From: Balanoglossus misakiensis
Lineage: Eukaryota; Animalia; Hemichordata
Direction of reading: 5' to 3'
Assembly (NCBI GenBank): GCA_040954595.2
Contig: CM082581.2
Coordinates: 6,998,699-7,062,698 of the forward strand
Length of the DNA stretch: 64,000 bases
Every line of letters starts with the position of its first letter. Position 1 is the stretch's first letter. This document shows positions 1 to 12,600 of this stretch, one piece after another. The translations under genes and the position numbers were made by a program. The notes beneath the pieces are model-generated. The model ran no database searches and was not told the DNA's origin. It saw only the letters and a program-made list of their open reading frames with translations.

Positions 1-448
1 CTAATATGCCAAACAGATTGAAGAATTTTGAGAACAAGCTCAAGCCATCAGAGCATGTACATTACCAAGTCAGTTTATTAAAAAGTAATTTTACGTTGCA
101 TCAACTATTTCAATACTGTGCATGTACTAGTATTCACCCCTCTCAGATTTAGACCCAAGTTGAATGTTAAACTGTTCCAAGTTTTGCAAAAAAGGGCCTA
201 TTTTGTGCAAGTCATTCGGTCCATGTTAACACATTGACTAAAAGCTGTCAGCTTCACACAGTAAGGAGATACCCATAACCTTCGCACTAGTTCAAAAAAT
301 CTGATTATCCTAGAAAATTCTAAGCGTAAAAGATTGTTTGATTACATCATTTCTGCATGCATGCATGCAGAGAATAGAAGATATAGTTACAATCAGACCA
401 TAACGTTTCTCTCGCTGGTTTTATACACACAATTTCACACAAACTTAC

Positions 449-651
449 TATTTTGAAGACTCTGCAAGGTGAAATTTGTGTCTTTCCAGGAAACATCTCT
501 GAATTCCGCCATCTTTCCACACCATTCTGATCTTCTCTCTCTCATCCTGGTCGATCGGCAGACAGTACTTGCAATCCGTTATTCGGATTCCAGAACAGCA
601 ATTCCCGTTGAAGTTGTTCGATTCCATTGCACAGAGTTCATCAGACACAAA
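449..651 (-). CDS. G-alpha coding exon 3 (helical domain alphaB-alphaE, with Cys-rich insertion)
   Basis: Acceptor tgtttcaacag|TTT at 651, donor AAATA|gtaagt at 449/448; 203 nt, phase 0 to 2; encodes VWKDGGIQRCFLERHKFHLAESSKY. Confidence 0.88.
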
Positions 652-3600
652 CTGTTGAAACAGAATTTTGTACCGGGTACATGTCAGTATTTTATTGTAT
701 TTTCTTTCAAGGACAAATGTTATGAGGGACTGCAGACAAATGTATGCTTTTCCCCTTATCACCCCCACCATCACCACCAGTTCTATTCTGCTATGACAAA
801 GCAAGACTATTTAGCAAACTACTTGCACCAATTTGTCACACCAAAATAAACCCTGAGCAGCTTTTACAAGTGACATCTGGATGGTAATGAAAATTCGATG
901 AGATCCAATGATTTAGTTTCGCGAAATCTAACCAGGATTGATCGCCGAGTAACAAACTCATATCGCCACTATTCATCGTCATTACATCCTGTGTGATAAC
1001 ATTCGCCACTGAAACAGGAAGTATGAGGAAGTCGTACGCGCCGAGAGGTTGAGAAATTTTCCTCTTCTCTGCCAACTTTCGTTTCCAATTACCAGTTTAT
1101 GCACATTTCGGGAGTAATATTAAGTTTTCCCAGCAAAAGCCATAAATTCTGTCACAGCACTGCTGACAGGTTTCATGGCTTTTTCAAAAACCAATATAAT
1201 TCAAGCAGCTTAGGATGTTTCTACTGATGGACGTCGACGTTTCATAAAATGCTCCTTTTGCACCATTTGTGGGATCTTATCACAATTTTCCAGATCAATG
1301 TCTGAACAGCCAATCGAATTGAATCATTTTTGATGACAGCCAATCATTTCTGATGACAGATAATGATGACAGGAATATGCAGATAGCCCCACGCATCAAC
1401 ATATTACCTGACAGTGATTGGCTGAGTGGATTACCCCACTTCTAACACAATATAAAACCTAATTGTAACTGATCGAAAAACAGCTCGAGTTGTCACTAGC
1501 TGCAAAACTTAGACAATTACCTCAATTTCAGGATTTTCAAAGTCAATACTCAACGTCTTCATCGCACTGATGAGGATGTGAACAGCTCTGCGCACATTGA
1601 AATAGACCTGCGACTGGAACTTCATTCTCTCACACTCGGGATATCCATCCCCGTATAATATCCGTAATTGTTTGCTAAAAGTGCTCTTGCCAGATCCTGC
1701 TGAACCTGGAAAACAAAACAGACATTAATTTTCAAATTATTCAATTGTTGAGAATTTAATACTAGCAATATGTCTTGGTACAGCTGCGTTACCACAGCTA
1801 ACTTGAAGGTGAAGGTGAGTTCTTTGAAGGCGGGAACTTTTTATGATCAATGAAATGTTAGCGAAAATGCACAAACAACTTTGAGCACAGCTATACTGAC
1901 GACGTATCGTTGAGTTCACAAAAGAATTCAAAATTGCTGCTGGCACAAAATTCATCCATTGTCAATTTCATTGAAAAGACATGAAAAAAACACAGAATCA
2001 CCAATGCCATTTCAACGAAAGGTATGTTCTATAGTAATATCTGCATTTCGATCTAAAAGGTTTCATCAAAACTGGAAGCAAATACGACAAAAACATCTGC
2101 CATTTACATTTTCCCCACTGTTGGAATGATTTTCAAAAAGGTTCAAGTTTAACGTGACATTGAGGGTGCCTCGATGCATATAGGCGCTGCATTTTGAAAC
2201 GGAACACTCATGTTCAATTTCATCAAGCGTGGCCGTGAAATCTTTAATGTCCTGCAGTCTTTGTGAGCATGCAATCTTTTAGAACATTCTGTTCTATCTG
2301 AAAACAAAACCAGTTGACAGTCTGTCAGTCTCTGATGGTATGATTTCTGTAGGTGATGGACTTGGGTAATGCTGTCAAAACTAATTCACTGTGACGCACT
2401 GTTTTGCTGCCTGGATAAACAGAAGCTAGACCCTCCAAGATAAGATTTGCAATTCACTGGGAACGACTGAGTCTAAGAGGTTAATGAAAAAACACTGGGC
2501 CGGCATCAAGCCACATTAATAATTAATGTCTCTGAATTACTTTCAAGTCTCTTCAACTGGATGAAGTGACAGGCAAGAAACCTTTGAATATTAATTCACA
2601 CAGCTCCTACAAAAACGAGAGATGTCAAAATGCTGTAAGTTACAATTCATTTTCATTGTTTATTCAGTATACTAGGCCAGGCCTCTCCATTCAGTAATTG
2701 ACAATATTGAGTGTTTATCCATATTTTGACGAACGTTCTCTCAGTGTGACATTATTGAAAATAAATTTTGACAGATTATATAGTAACATTGCTGGAGTGT
2801 TTTGATGAGAGAATTTGAGTAAATTCATTATCACCTTTTACTAGCAGTATATACACACTATCACTATGGCCTGTGAGTTCTCTGATGAGTCACCAATCCT
2901 GAAAACTCCACACATCGATGGATGACACAACAATTCTCATTACTTTCAGAGTAAAAACATCTCCTTCAAGAACAAATTCTACTAACGCTGACTGACACTC
3001 CTGTCAGATACATTGCGCAGATGTGATTAAACTTAAAAAAACTTCGAAAAAAACAACAACGCATTGATTTGAAGAGCAAACTTCAAGCTAACTCTCAGAG
3101 GATGTCAGATGTCAGTCACTTCTTGCTGGAAGTAATTTCATGACATAGTAATGCCTCCAACATGAGCAATAAAATTAAATTGCATTCTATTTACCCACTG
3201 ACACAACGACACATACAACTGCATTTCTGCACTATGCTATTTTGCAAACAAGAAAACCCATAAAGCCAAAGTTCACTATGACTAAAAGCTTTACATTAAA
3301 GCCTTCCATTAAAATAATTTAAAATTTTCAAGGAGGGAATAGTGATGGAAAACAAGTTTTATCTCAATTATGGGCAACAAGTTTCTTTATAATTTCCGAC
3401 CAAAGCAGTGCAGAGGTTGAGATGGAGGAATCTAGGTCTTCCTGATGCAAACATTGCATTCTCCAGTCGAGCCGAGGTTATTTATTATAGACCCTCACTA
3501 CTTAGTAAGCTTTCAATTGAGTGAAATCAGCTACAATACAGCCAGTCCCAGTTTTACCCCGAGGCCGCCACATTTCCGGACAATTTGGCAGAACGGATTC

Positions 3601-6600
3601 CATCTACCTGCTTAAAAATATTTGTCAGGAAGCAGGGGCCGTCTAAAGCCCATTAGGTAATCTATATAGCTAATAGTTCTCTGCCAGAACCTAAATTAAT
3701 CTTCTGCTGATAGCTTAGCTCTTTGTGACTGAAATCAGAGTCATCTGTTGCACGGAATTGGTAATGTTTATGATTACAGTCTGTGCCCATTTTTGTGAAT
3801 TAATATTTTTTTCTGATGTTATTTGTTTTCTTTTAAAATAAAATTTTCTATTAGAATAGTTCTACTGGCATGTGTGTACACTACTTCCCAATGTCTTTCA
3901 TAATTTTGATTATTACACTATGCCAATATTTGCTGAAGATCTAAGAGCTGCAACAGCCTGCATTATCAAGCTGATGAATAATGAAACGTGCTAACAATGA
4001 TAACAATGATAGTATTGGGAGATTTCCAAAATTTTGTTCTGAAAATGCCCCATTCCTTTTGATTACTATACCCTTGTACATGCATGTAGCTGTTCTTCCC
4101 AGGGTCCTTATTTTTTTGGATTTGTCCTAATGTTTGCAAGAGAACACTTGGATTCGATTGCTACAGGGGGATATGGGGGTCTGAGGGTTTTCCTCAAGTT
4201 AGCTTTAATATCAATTAAAGCTGCAAGCAGCGTTGGCGGGGCACAAGCGGTTCCCATGGTGACCAGCAAATGCCAAGGCTGTATCTGCTGGGGATACCAA
4301 GTTATGGGAAAGTAGGTCACCTGAGGTCACCTGAGGTCACCCCAAAATTGGGCAAAAAAATTGGACCCCATACTAGTCTAGATCCAACAAAAAACCAGAC
4401 CCCTAGCCCTATTGGTTCGCCTACAATTAGGTATGCGCATAATTAATGAGGTATTGTGTAAGACTCCATTATGTGCTCAATCCCCATAAAAGCCAGGGCT
4501 CTAACTGCCCTGGATGCTGAGATATGGGAAAGTAGATCAAAGGTCATCCAAGGTCACCCAAAATTTGGGCATAAAATTTTGACCCCAGAGTGGGCCATGT
4601 CCAACTAAAACCAGACCTCTAGCCCTATTGGTTAGCCTGGAATTAGATATGCAGAAAAATGATGTTTCAGAAATAGGTCAAGGGTCATTGCCAAAATTAC
4701 CAAAATATTTGTGTCATGTCCTGGCAGCATTGGTACCCATGTCCACAAAATTCATGACTGTGGTGCTTTGACAAGAGGAGGTATGGGGAATATGCATATA
4801 TAATTAGTTGTTTTAAAACTAGGTCAAAGGTCATGTGAAAATTGCCCCGAAAAATTGTGACAACTTCCGGTCATATGATGACTCATATCCAAAAAAAGAA
4901 TTTCCGTGCTGTCAACATTTTGGCTACAAAACGGAATTTTCATTTTTCAATGGTTTTCCGATAATCCAACATGGCCGCCATAATGATCGACCAATCACAG
5001 TGCGCTTCGCAAACTTGATAGACATAGGTTAGGTGACCACATACCCCGAATCCCGTGACTCGGCAATCGCTGGTTCTGGAGAAGAAGATTTTTAAAGTTT
5101 TAAGTAGTTTTTCAGAAAAACAATTGTAGCAAAAAAACTTTATGTGTGACGTCATGATTTCAATGGGGTAAACTGATGGACAGAAGGTAGGCTACCTGCA
5201 CACCAAATTTGAACTCGATCGGCCCAGCAGTTTTTGAGAAGGACTCGTTTAACGATTTTCAGGAAATCCAATATGGCCGCCAGGTCACGTGACTAATTAA
5301 ATATTCACGAGCCCCTGCACGTCTACTCATTGGCCCCTATCACCCTACCAAGTTTCAGCCCCCTAGGTGCTGCGGTTTTCCAGATCTACCTGGCCGATTT
5401 TCTCGGAAGAAGAAGAATAATAATAAAGAAGAAATATTCCAACAATACCAATAGGGGCACAAGCCCGATAGGCTTGTGCCCCTAATAAAATGTAATTGTA
5501 ATACTGTACCACTATATAATGCCTATGTAATCAGACACGTGTTCAGCTAAGAAAGTCTACAACCTGAATAAATAACACTTCAAACTGATAGGTTTCAAGA
5601 CAAAATCAAAGATGTACTCTTCTTTCATCCCAAGCATCTCAATATTCATTCCATGTACCAGTATATCACATTACATGAAAACACCTCAGGTAATAAATCT
5701 AAGAAAATGTCACAGCATCATCTAGCTGGGTATCATACACTCAATCATTCAAAATGAACTTTCTAGGTTGGCCTGGAAAATTTTTAGGTCAGAAATGTGA
5801 TTTTCAAAAGAGTGATTGTGCTGACATTGGTGTACGTTTTTCACGATTTCTGAAATTTAAGACCATTGTATAGCAAAATTTTGCTCCATGGTAATGACTT
5901 CATGGCTCAATTTCTACAACTCCCAAGATATCAATTTTCAATTCATTCGCCTCAGAGCATGACATATTAGATGAATGGCCTGCATGGATTGTCAAACCAT
6001 GCCATGAAATTACACCACGCTACGTTTATGAGATAACATCCACTCTGTGGCTGTTTAAAGTATTAATTATTCTTGCTAGTACGTGTACATCTAAAGTTAC
6101 CGTATGCCTGACAATTCTGTCAGCTGTATTTCAATTTAGGTATAGCTGAGTCCGTTCAATGTCTATACCGCTGGCCTACATTTGCTTGAATAGATGATTT
6201 ATGATAAGTTTTACAATTAGCTGCCGTTTTTCTTTTTAATCTAGACTCAGTCGCTGGAAAACTTTTATTTGGATTCTGGGAAATTGTAAATTATTAAACG
6301 TATAAAATGATGCTATCCCATGCATTCCTTTCATGCTGTTCAATCTGTTTTGATTATAACAGATACCCTCTCATTCATTTTGAACAAGAGTGATCAGACG
6401 TACCATATTTTCTTATGAACAAAAATCATGCCCTTAAGGAATTGAAAATGGGTGTGAAAATTGCTTGAGTTGTTGGGAATTATTTCACTGGGTGATAAAT
6501 CATAAAATCTCGGTAAAATACTACCACTGCTACATGAAATATCTTTCAGTCTAAACACAAGGGCAAAATGAGTGCTGTGTATATCTGTCGGGGTGTGTGT

Positions 6601-9600
6601 TTAAAGTGGGAATATATCAAGAATTCAAATCAACTGCTTGCCATCTGGCAAGATCTATCACACAGCACATCACTTTTGTAATTATGGTTAAAGCCTGCAG
6701 CTAACTGGATAATACTGCGAATAAAAGTGATGGGAATTGCGTTACCGTATGCCACGGTACAATTTCATGTCATTTTGTTCTTCCTGAAAAAACTCTTCAC
6801 TGAAACCCACTGACTGAACTAAAGCAACTGTATTCATATACACAAGTTTCACACATAAGATTATCAAAATTAGTTACATTCCACAGTATTTCTATTTTGC
6901 CATTAAAATGGTGAAAATATGCCTTCAAATCTACACGTCATTCATTTACGTACGTCATTAATTTAGCATGCAGTGAGCAAATTGCTACCTAAAAAGTACA
7001 TGACATGCAGAAACTATTAAGTGAATTCGTATCATGTATCATGTTTATAGAAATACGTATTTATGATACAATTCGCACAAAGTACATGTACCTTGTGAAG
7101 ATAATGAAGATAAATAAATGCTTGTACATTGAGTGGTTTAACTGCATATAGATTCTATGATTAATTGGATAATACAGTTGTAAAAAATATAGCCTTCGCT
7201 AATGCTGGGAAAATGGTATCTATGGCAACAGAACAGAATATGGTACCATAGATTGATTAATAAGATTATTTCTGCACTTGAGAGGGTGAGAGAGATGAGG
7301 GGATTATATTGGTCAAGTTTGAATTATATGCTTTAACCCTGTCAACCCAGTTCCCTCTCCAGAGGTCAACTTTACCATAGAAAACAATGGCTTTGGACCA
7401 AACCATGGTGGTGAAATTGTAGTGTTCACAGCATCAATGAATTTCAGAGTTTGGTCAACATTCTTGTACATTCTACTGCACTGTACTACAACAAAGTTTT
7501 GGCATGTAAAGACTACTAAGAGTTCAAAACACCTTGTTTAAAATTTGAACAGAGAATTTCCAATGTGTTGACAGAGGCATATACGTCCAGTAATTATCAC
7601 AATCATGCTTGAAAATTACTGCACTGTACGTCGCACATTAAGAGCCCCAAGTTCCTTTTAATCCTTAATTTTGAAATTCTGAGATTGGTTGCACTCTAAT
7701 TTAAGTGTCTGCATTGCTTGATTTAGCCTCCTGCTACTTTTGCACAGAGAAAATAATGAACCCTCTCTGTTTCACTGCTTTGCCCCTTTTTTGCCACGAA
7801 AAGAAATACCTGAACAGGAAGGAGAATAATGGCAGTAATTCTTTGCAAAAGGTTCATCAAGGCCATCGAAATCATTTCAGCACTTGGCAACAACGCACAC
7901 TACACACATTAAAGGAATGTGTTTTTTGGCGAAAACAAATATAATTCAATTAATAACAGTACTCAGCAACGGTTGGAAATGTACCACTGGCACTAAGTAT
8001 GTTTTTATTTTTTTATTTTAACAAATAAACGCGATACATGAAAGATGGCAATTGCTTTGTAACAGGATTCATCAGTGCCCTGGCAATGTGTTACAGCATG
8101 TGCCTTCTGCCAAGGCAACGTCAGCAGGAAAGAAATTAAGCCGCCTTGTTATTGTGAGGTAGACGATACATGACAGCTCGAATTACGAATGCAAAATTTG
8201 CATACGCCATAATTATATGCACGCTAGTCCCCATACATGCGATGCACTATATGTTAAAACAGACTCGTCACTTCAAACTGTGATAATCTTGGTGTCGCGG
8301 AATGCACAGAAATGGTAATCTTGCTTCTCTACTAGTGTAACGCACACCGTAAATTTAAATAAACGCCCCAGTACACTGAAAGCCACTTGACAGGAGAAAG
8401 CTGAGAAGGTCGTAGAACCTGCCAGTCAGCCATAATTTAGTCATTAAACTGAAAATCGAACGCTGAAATGTTTGACTAGTCGCAGTTGCAGCTGGATTGA
8501 CGTGGGGTCGATTGAGGTCGCGACGCTCATGGTTACAAAACAAACTTGTTCGAAATCTACATTTTTCTGTTGACGCAATTTAAGCGATTTCTTCAGGGAA
8601 TTCCCTCCCTTTTTAAAAAAAACTCTGGCCTCAACTTCGTGCTAATGATTTTTACCGTGGCCAAATCTGATAAACAACACACTTATAAGAGCCCTTGAAT
8701 ATTAATTCCTTGTGGGCTGGCTGCCATTTCAATTCAGCTGTTTGTGATTAACTCGCCTACTTGTGAAGAGCCCAGACATTTACATTGTAACTTCACAGGC
8801 ACAATGGTTTAAACTTTTTAGAAAGATGGAAAAAGGAACAGTGAATTTTTCTATTTTGCCCAAAACTGTTATTCTACCATCTAAAGTTCCCAAACTAACA
8901 CAGAAACACAGAAATAGTTTGAATCTTGCTAAAAATATAACATGGGAATTTCATCTGAAGAGATTCGTTTGACTCGAAGTAATGTTTAATCTAATTCAAC
9001 TCGCAGAGTTTTTTTCATCAGTTAAAAAAAATTGCGACTTGTAACCTAATCATGGATATTGAACGTGTGTATAGAGAGACCTGTGAGCCTCTATCACTCG
9101 TAAATGATTGGAAAATTGCGCGCCCTACCTTAAAATTCGACTGATTTCACCGACAGCTGCCTTGATAAAGTTTGGTACTCAATCACGTATCACTTCATGA
9201 GCATCAAAATAAAAAGAGTCATTTCTTCTCATATAATCTCCCGGTATAATCTCTGGACAGATCTAGGCTCATTACTTAATACTTCAGGATTTAACCGATG
9301 ACATCCAGAATGCAGCAATGAAAACTGTGCCATTTCTAGTGACAATGTATCTATTACAATCATTTTACAACTCAACACATATCATTTCACATCTACACCC
9401 AGATGATCCTTCGTAATATCTCAACAACAACTCTGTTCAGACACTGAATTGAACAGATTAGCAGAATTCGCCGAGAAATTTTCAAATTTCAGCTGATATG
9501 CCCCCCAAAATACGTTCTCAATTTAACGACAGATAATGACATTTCAGACCGTTCATGATCCATCTAATTCCATCAATGGTGCAAAGAGAGCTGGCGTAAT

Positions 9601-12600
9601 GACCGGGTCATCCAATTAAAAGTGTCGTGCCTTGGCAACTGCACAGGCCGGCGACAAACTCGGAGGCTCAGGATGGGGTTGCCATAATCGACAATTGAGA
9701 ACGGAACGGAAAAGTTACTTAACGAAGGCTGATTGAATATAGTAATCAGGCCGCATGTCAGCTCACAACAATGCAGTTTCTAATGGAGTTCATTTCATCA
9801 AATCCATCCATTGTGAAGGGAATCTATATGCAAACTAATGGACTCTGAACTCTTATTGATAGAGACTGCAGTTCAGTGATGAGTTAAGAGGAAAATGGTA
9901 CACGGAAAGCTCACAGCCATACATGCTGGAAGGATTTTATATAAACACGGTCTGGGCCTTCTTACTATTCTAAAATCCCATAGGATTTCAAACAATATTG
10001 TTTGTAGTTTTCAAAATTACATACACGCTGCTGTTTACAACATCAATTTGCATATATGAATGTCACGACCGAGATATACTTTGCCAGACATCATAATAAA
10101 CATACACACACAACATGCAATTGCACGCAAATTATTGAATTAGCAATGGACAAAAAACGTCATAAAAAGGGATCTTTATTTGCACAAACTGTGCAGTATA
10201 ACTACATGTACACATACTGCTTTTGAAAAGTGTAATACTTCAAAGAAACAGCTCAACTCTGATAAATGTTTGATATGTCAGCTATAAATAAAAGAAGAAA
10301 CATTATAAAAGATTATCATCATCCTAATTTCCCAATTACATTAGACAGTCTTCATTTATTTTTAAATATTTTATGGGTTTCTCATCTATTACGCATTCCC
10401 TGTGCAACAGTAATGATACATCTGTGCATAAACTGAATGCTGTTCATCTCTCATTATGTGTATTTGGACATCATTAAGTGCAGCTACGTCCATGTACCTT
10501 GGTTATCATTAATGATTGTCGGCAAGCGATTACTTGTTTGGGTGTAGAAGAAGAGACATCCTGGAATAATGGAATGAATGTTGTAGTCTTATATTCCAGC
10601 AAGTACATGTGTAATATATACAAGGGCAAGAACAGAGACAGACAAGATGCATGTGCACATGCACACGCGCACACATAGGCACACAAGCGCACACGCACAG
10701 ACACACAGACTACCCGTACTTTACCCTCTGCATGATTCATCTAAGCCATCCCACGCGAGACACAGCAAAATCTGTCTAAAAAGCCACAGGCAGGCATTGT
10801 TGCAACACTGACTTATAAATCAGCCATTCCACATAATGCTCGTATCAAACATTCCGCCCCTCAAATCCCAAATCACCCAAGTGAAACCCGAGATTTACAC
10901 AAATGCATTCGTCAAATTCACTGGAGTGAATTAAATCAAAAATATTTATCATTGTCAGGGAGGGAAGACGCAGTGATTTGAATCAAGAGGCACATTAGTT
11001 AAATCCCTCCATGATATATGGGATTAAACTGACTTGCACCTAATATGGACAAATGGTCTCTCAAAGAACGGGCGCTACTTTTGACACGAGGGAAACCATC
11101 ATATAATAGATGGAGAGTAAAAGCCTGTAGGATCCGGGATATCTACTTTTGAGAAAATTTCTCTTCTGTCGAGTCCTGACTTTAAAAGCTGTCAAAGACT
11201 CAGTGACAATTAGTCCAATGGCTAGAAAAAAATCAGCCAATTCTTTCAGAGTGCAATTAACCAAGATTCTAATGGAGAAAATCCATTTGAAACCACATTA
11301 GAGGAATACTTCTTTACTGCATGGTTTAAAAGAAAGTAATGCACATTCAAAAATAGGAAGACCTTTAAAGAGACACTATCTGCAACTTTTGGTTATTTAT
11401 TTTTTTGAGTATTTTTTCCTCTCTAAAATACTTAAATTTTCCAGACAAATTCTGAAAAGGCAGAAGCTATACTGACACAAGAAACTTAAGCAAAAAACGA
11501 CACACTCCTGTGTACCTTCTCTGACATCTTGATTGACATTCACGCACCAAGTCTTGAACTTTTGTGCATTTCACCGCACATCAAAAGGTACCACCGTGAA
11601 TTCTGAACACGTAGCATGTACACCCTGATTGCGCACCATCTGACCAGCCATGAATGCTTAAGTCACTTTAGAAAGCTATAAATTCCACACAAAGTGGTTT
11701 TTCTTTTTCCTCCATCTATTTTTAGGCACAGCGCGTTCACTTTAGCTGCAGGATGTTTTAAAATTGAACCATCTCGCATTGTCACAGTTTGGCAGTGGGG
11801 GGTCCTGGATGAGCACACAAGAGGTGTCACCTGAGGCCCTGGATTTTCACACCAAACGCCTTAAGCATCTACATCTTTCAATTTCCTGTGACTTTCTTTC
11901 GCGACTTTCTTGGAATGGTTATGTTTTCTATAAGCTTTGACACACTGCCTTGATGAACGACATATACTGTCAACAACATACTAACCCCCTTGTAACATCA
12001 CAGTAGCGGAAGGACGCATTATTATGTCGTCAAAGTTTCATGGTACGTAGGGTTTTACCTCTACATTTGTGAAAGCTGTTAATGGTCTGACTGATACGTC
12101 AGAATGAATCTGAGCTATAACTTGATCACTTTTATGGGTCATGAAGTATCGCTGTTAGAAGCTTCCACATTCAAGAACAGCTTGTTTCTAACACTTTCCC
12201 TGTCTTTCACCCCCCCCCCCCCCCCAGGTCCCTTTTTACAGGACCAACCTTACCATAGAAAACAATGGGTTTGGACTGAACCATTGTGAAAGAGTTTTAT
12301 AATGACTGTCAGTGCCAACAGCTAAGCACATATAACTGGTAGAGACAGATGCAGCTGATGTCGACATTGACGCTGATTCATCACGAGGTCATAAAATGGT
12401 GTCAGGTGAGAATCTTTGGGTTGTGTACGTGCAGGCATGCATGCATCTTCAAAGAAAAAATTAAGCACAATTTACCCTTATTTCCAGTCTACACCTGAAT
12501 GTAAAATAATTACAATACAACATCTACAAAAATCCAAACAATTTCAGAATTTTAGAAAACACTTATTGGTTACTCAGAAATTCCCACATTCCTTTTGATT

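Noticed and set aside
352-371. Perfect 20-bp palindrome tctgcatgcatgcatgcaga
   Set aside because: Explained by a (TGCA)n microsatellite, which is self-complementary.
836-1075. 79-aa minus-strand ORF within G-alpha intron 2
   Set aside because: No G-alpha similarity and no convincing in-phase donor; exons 2 and 3 already join in frame without it.
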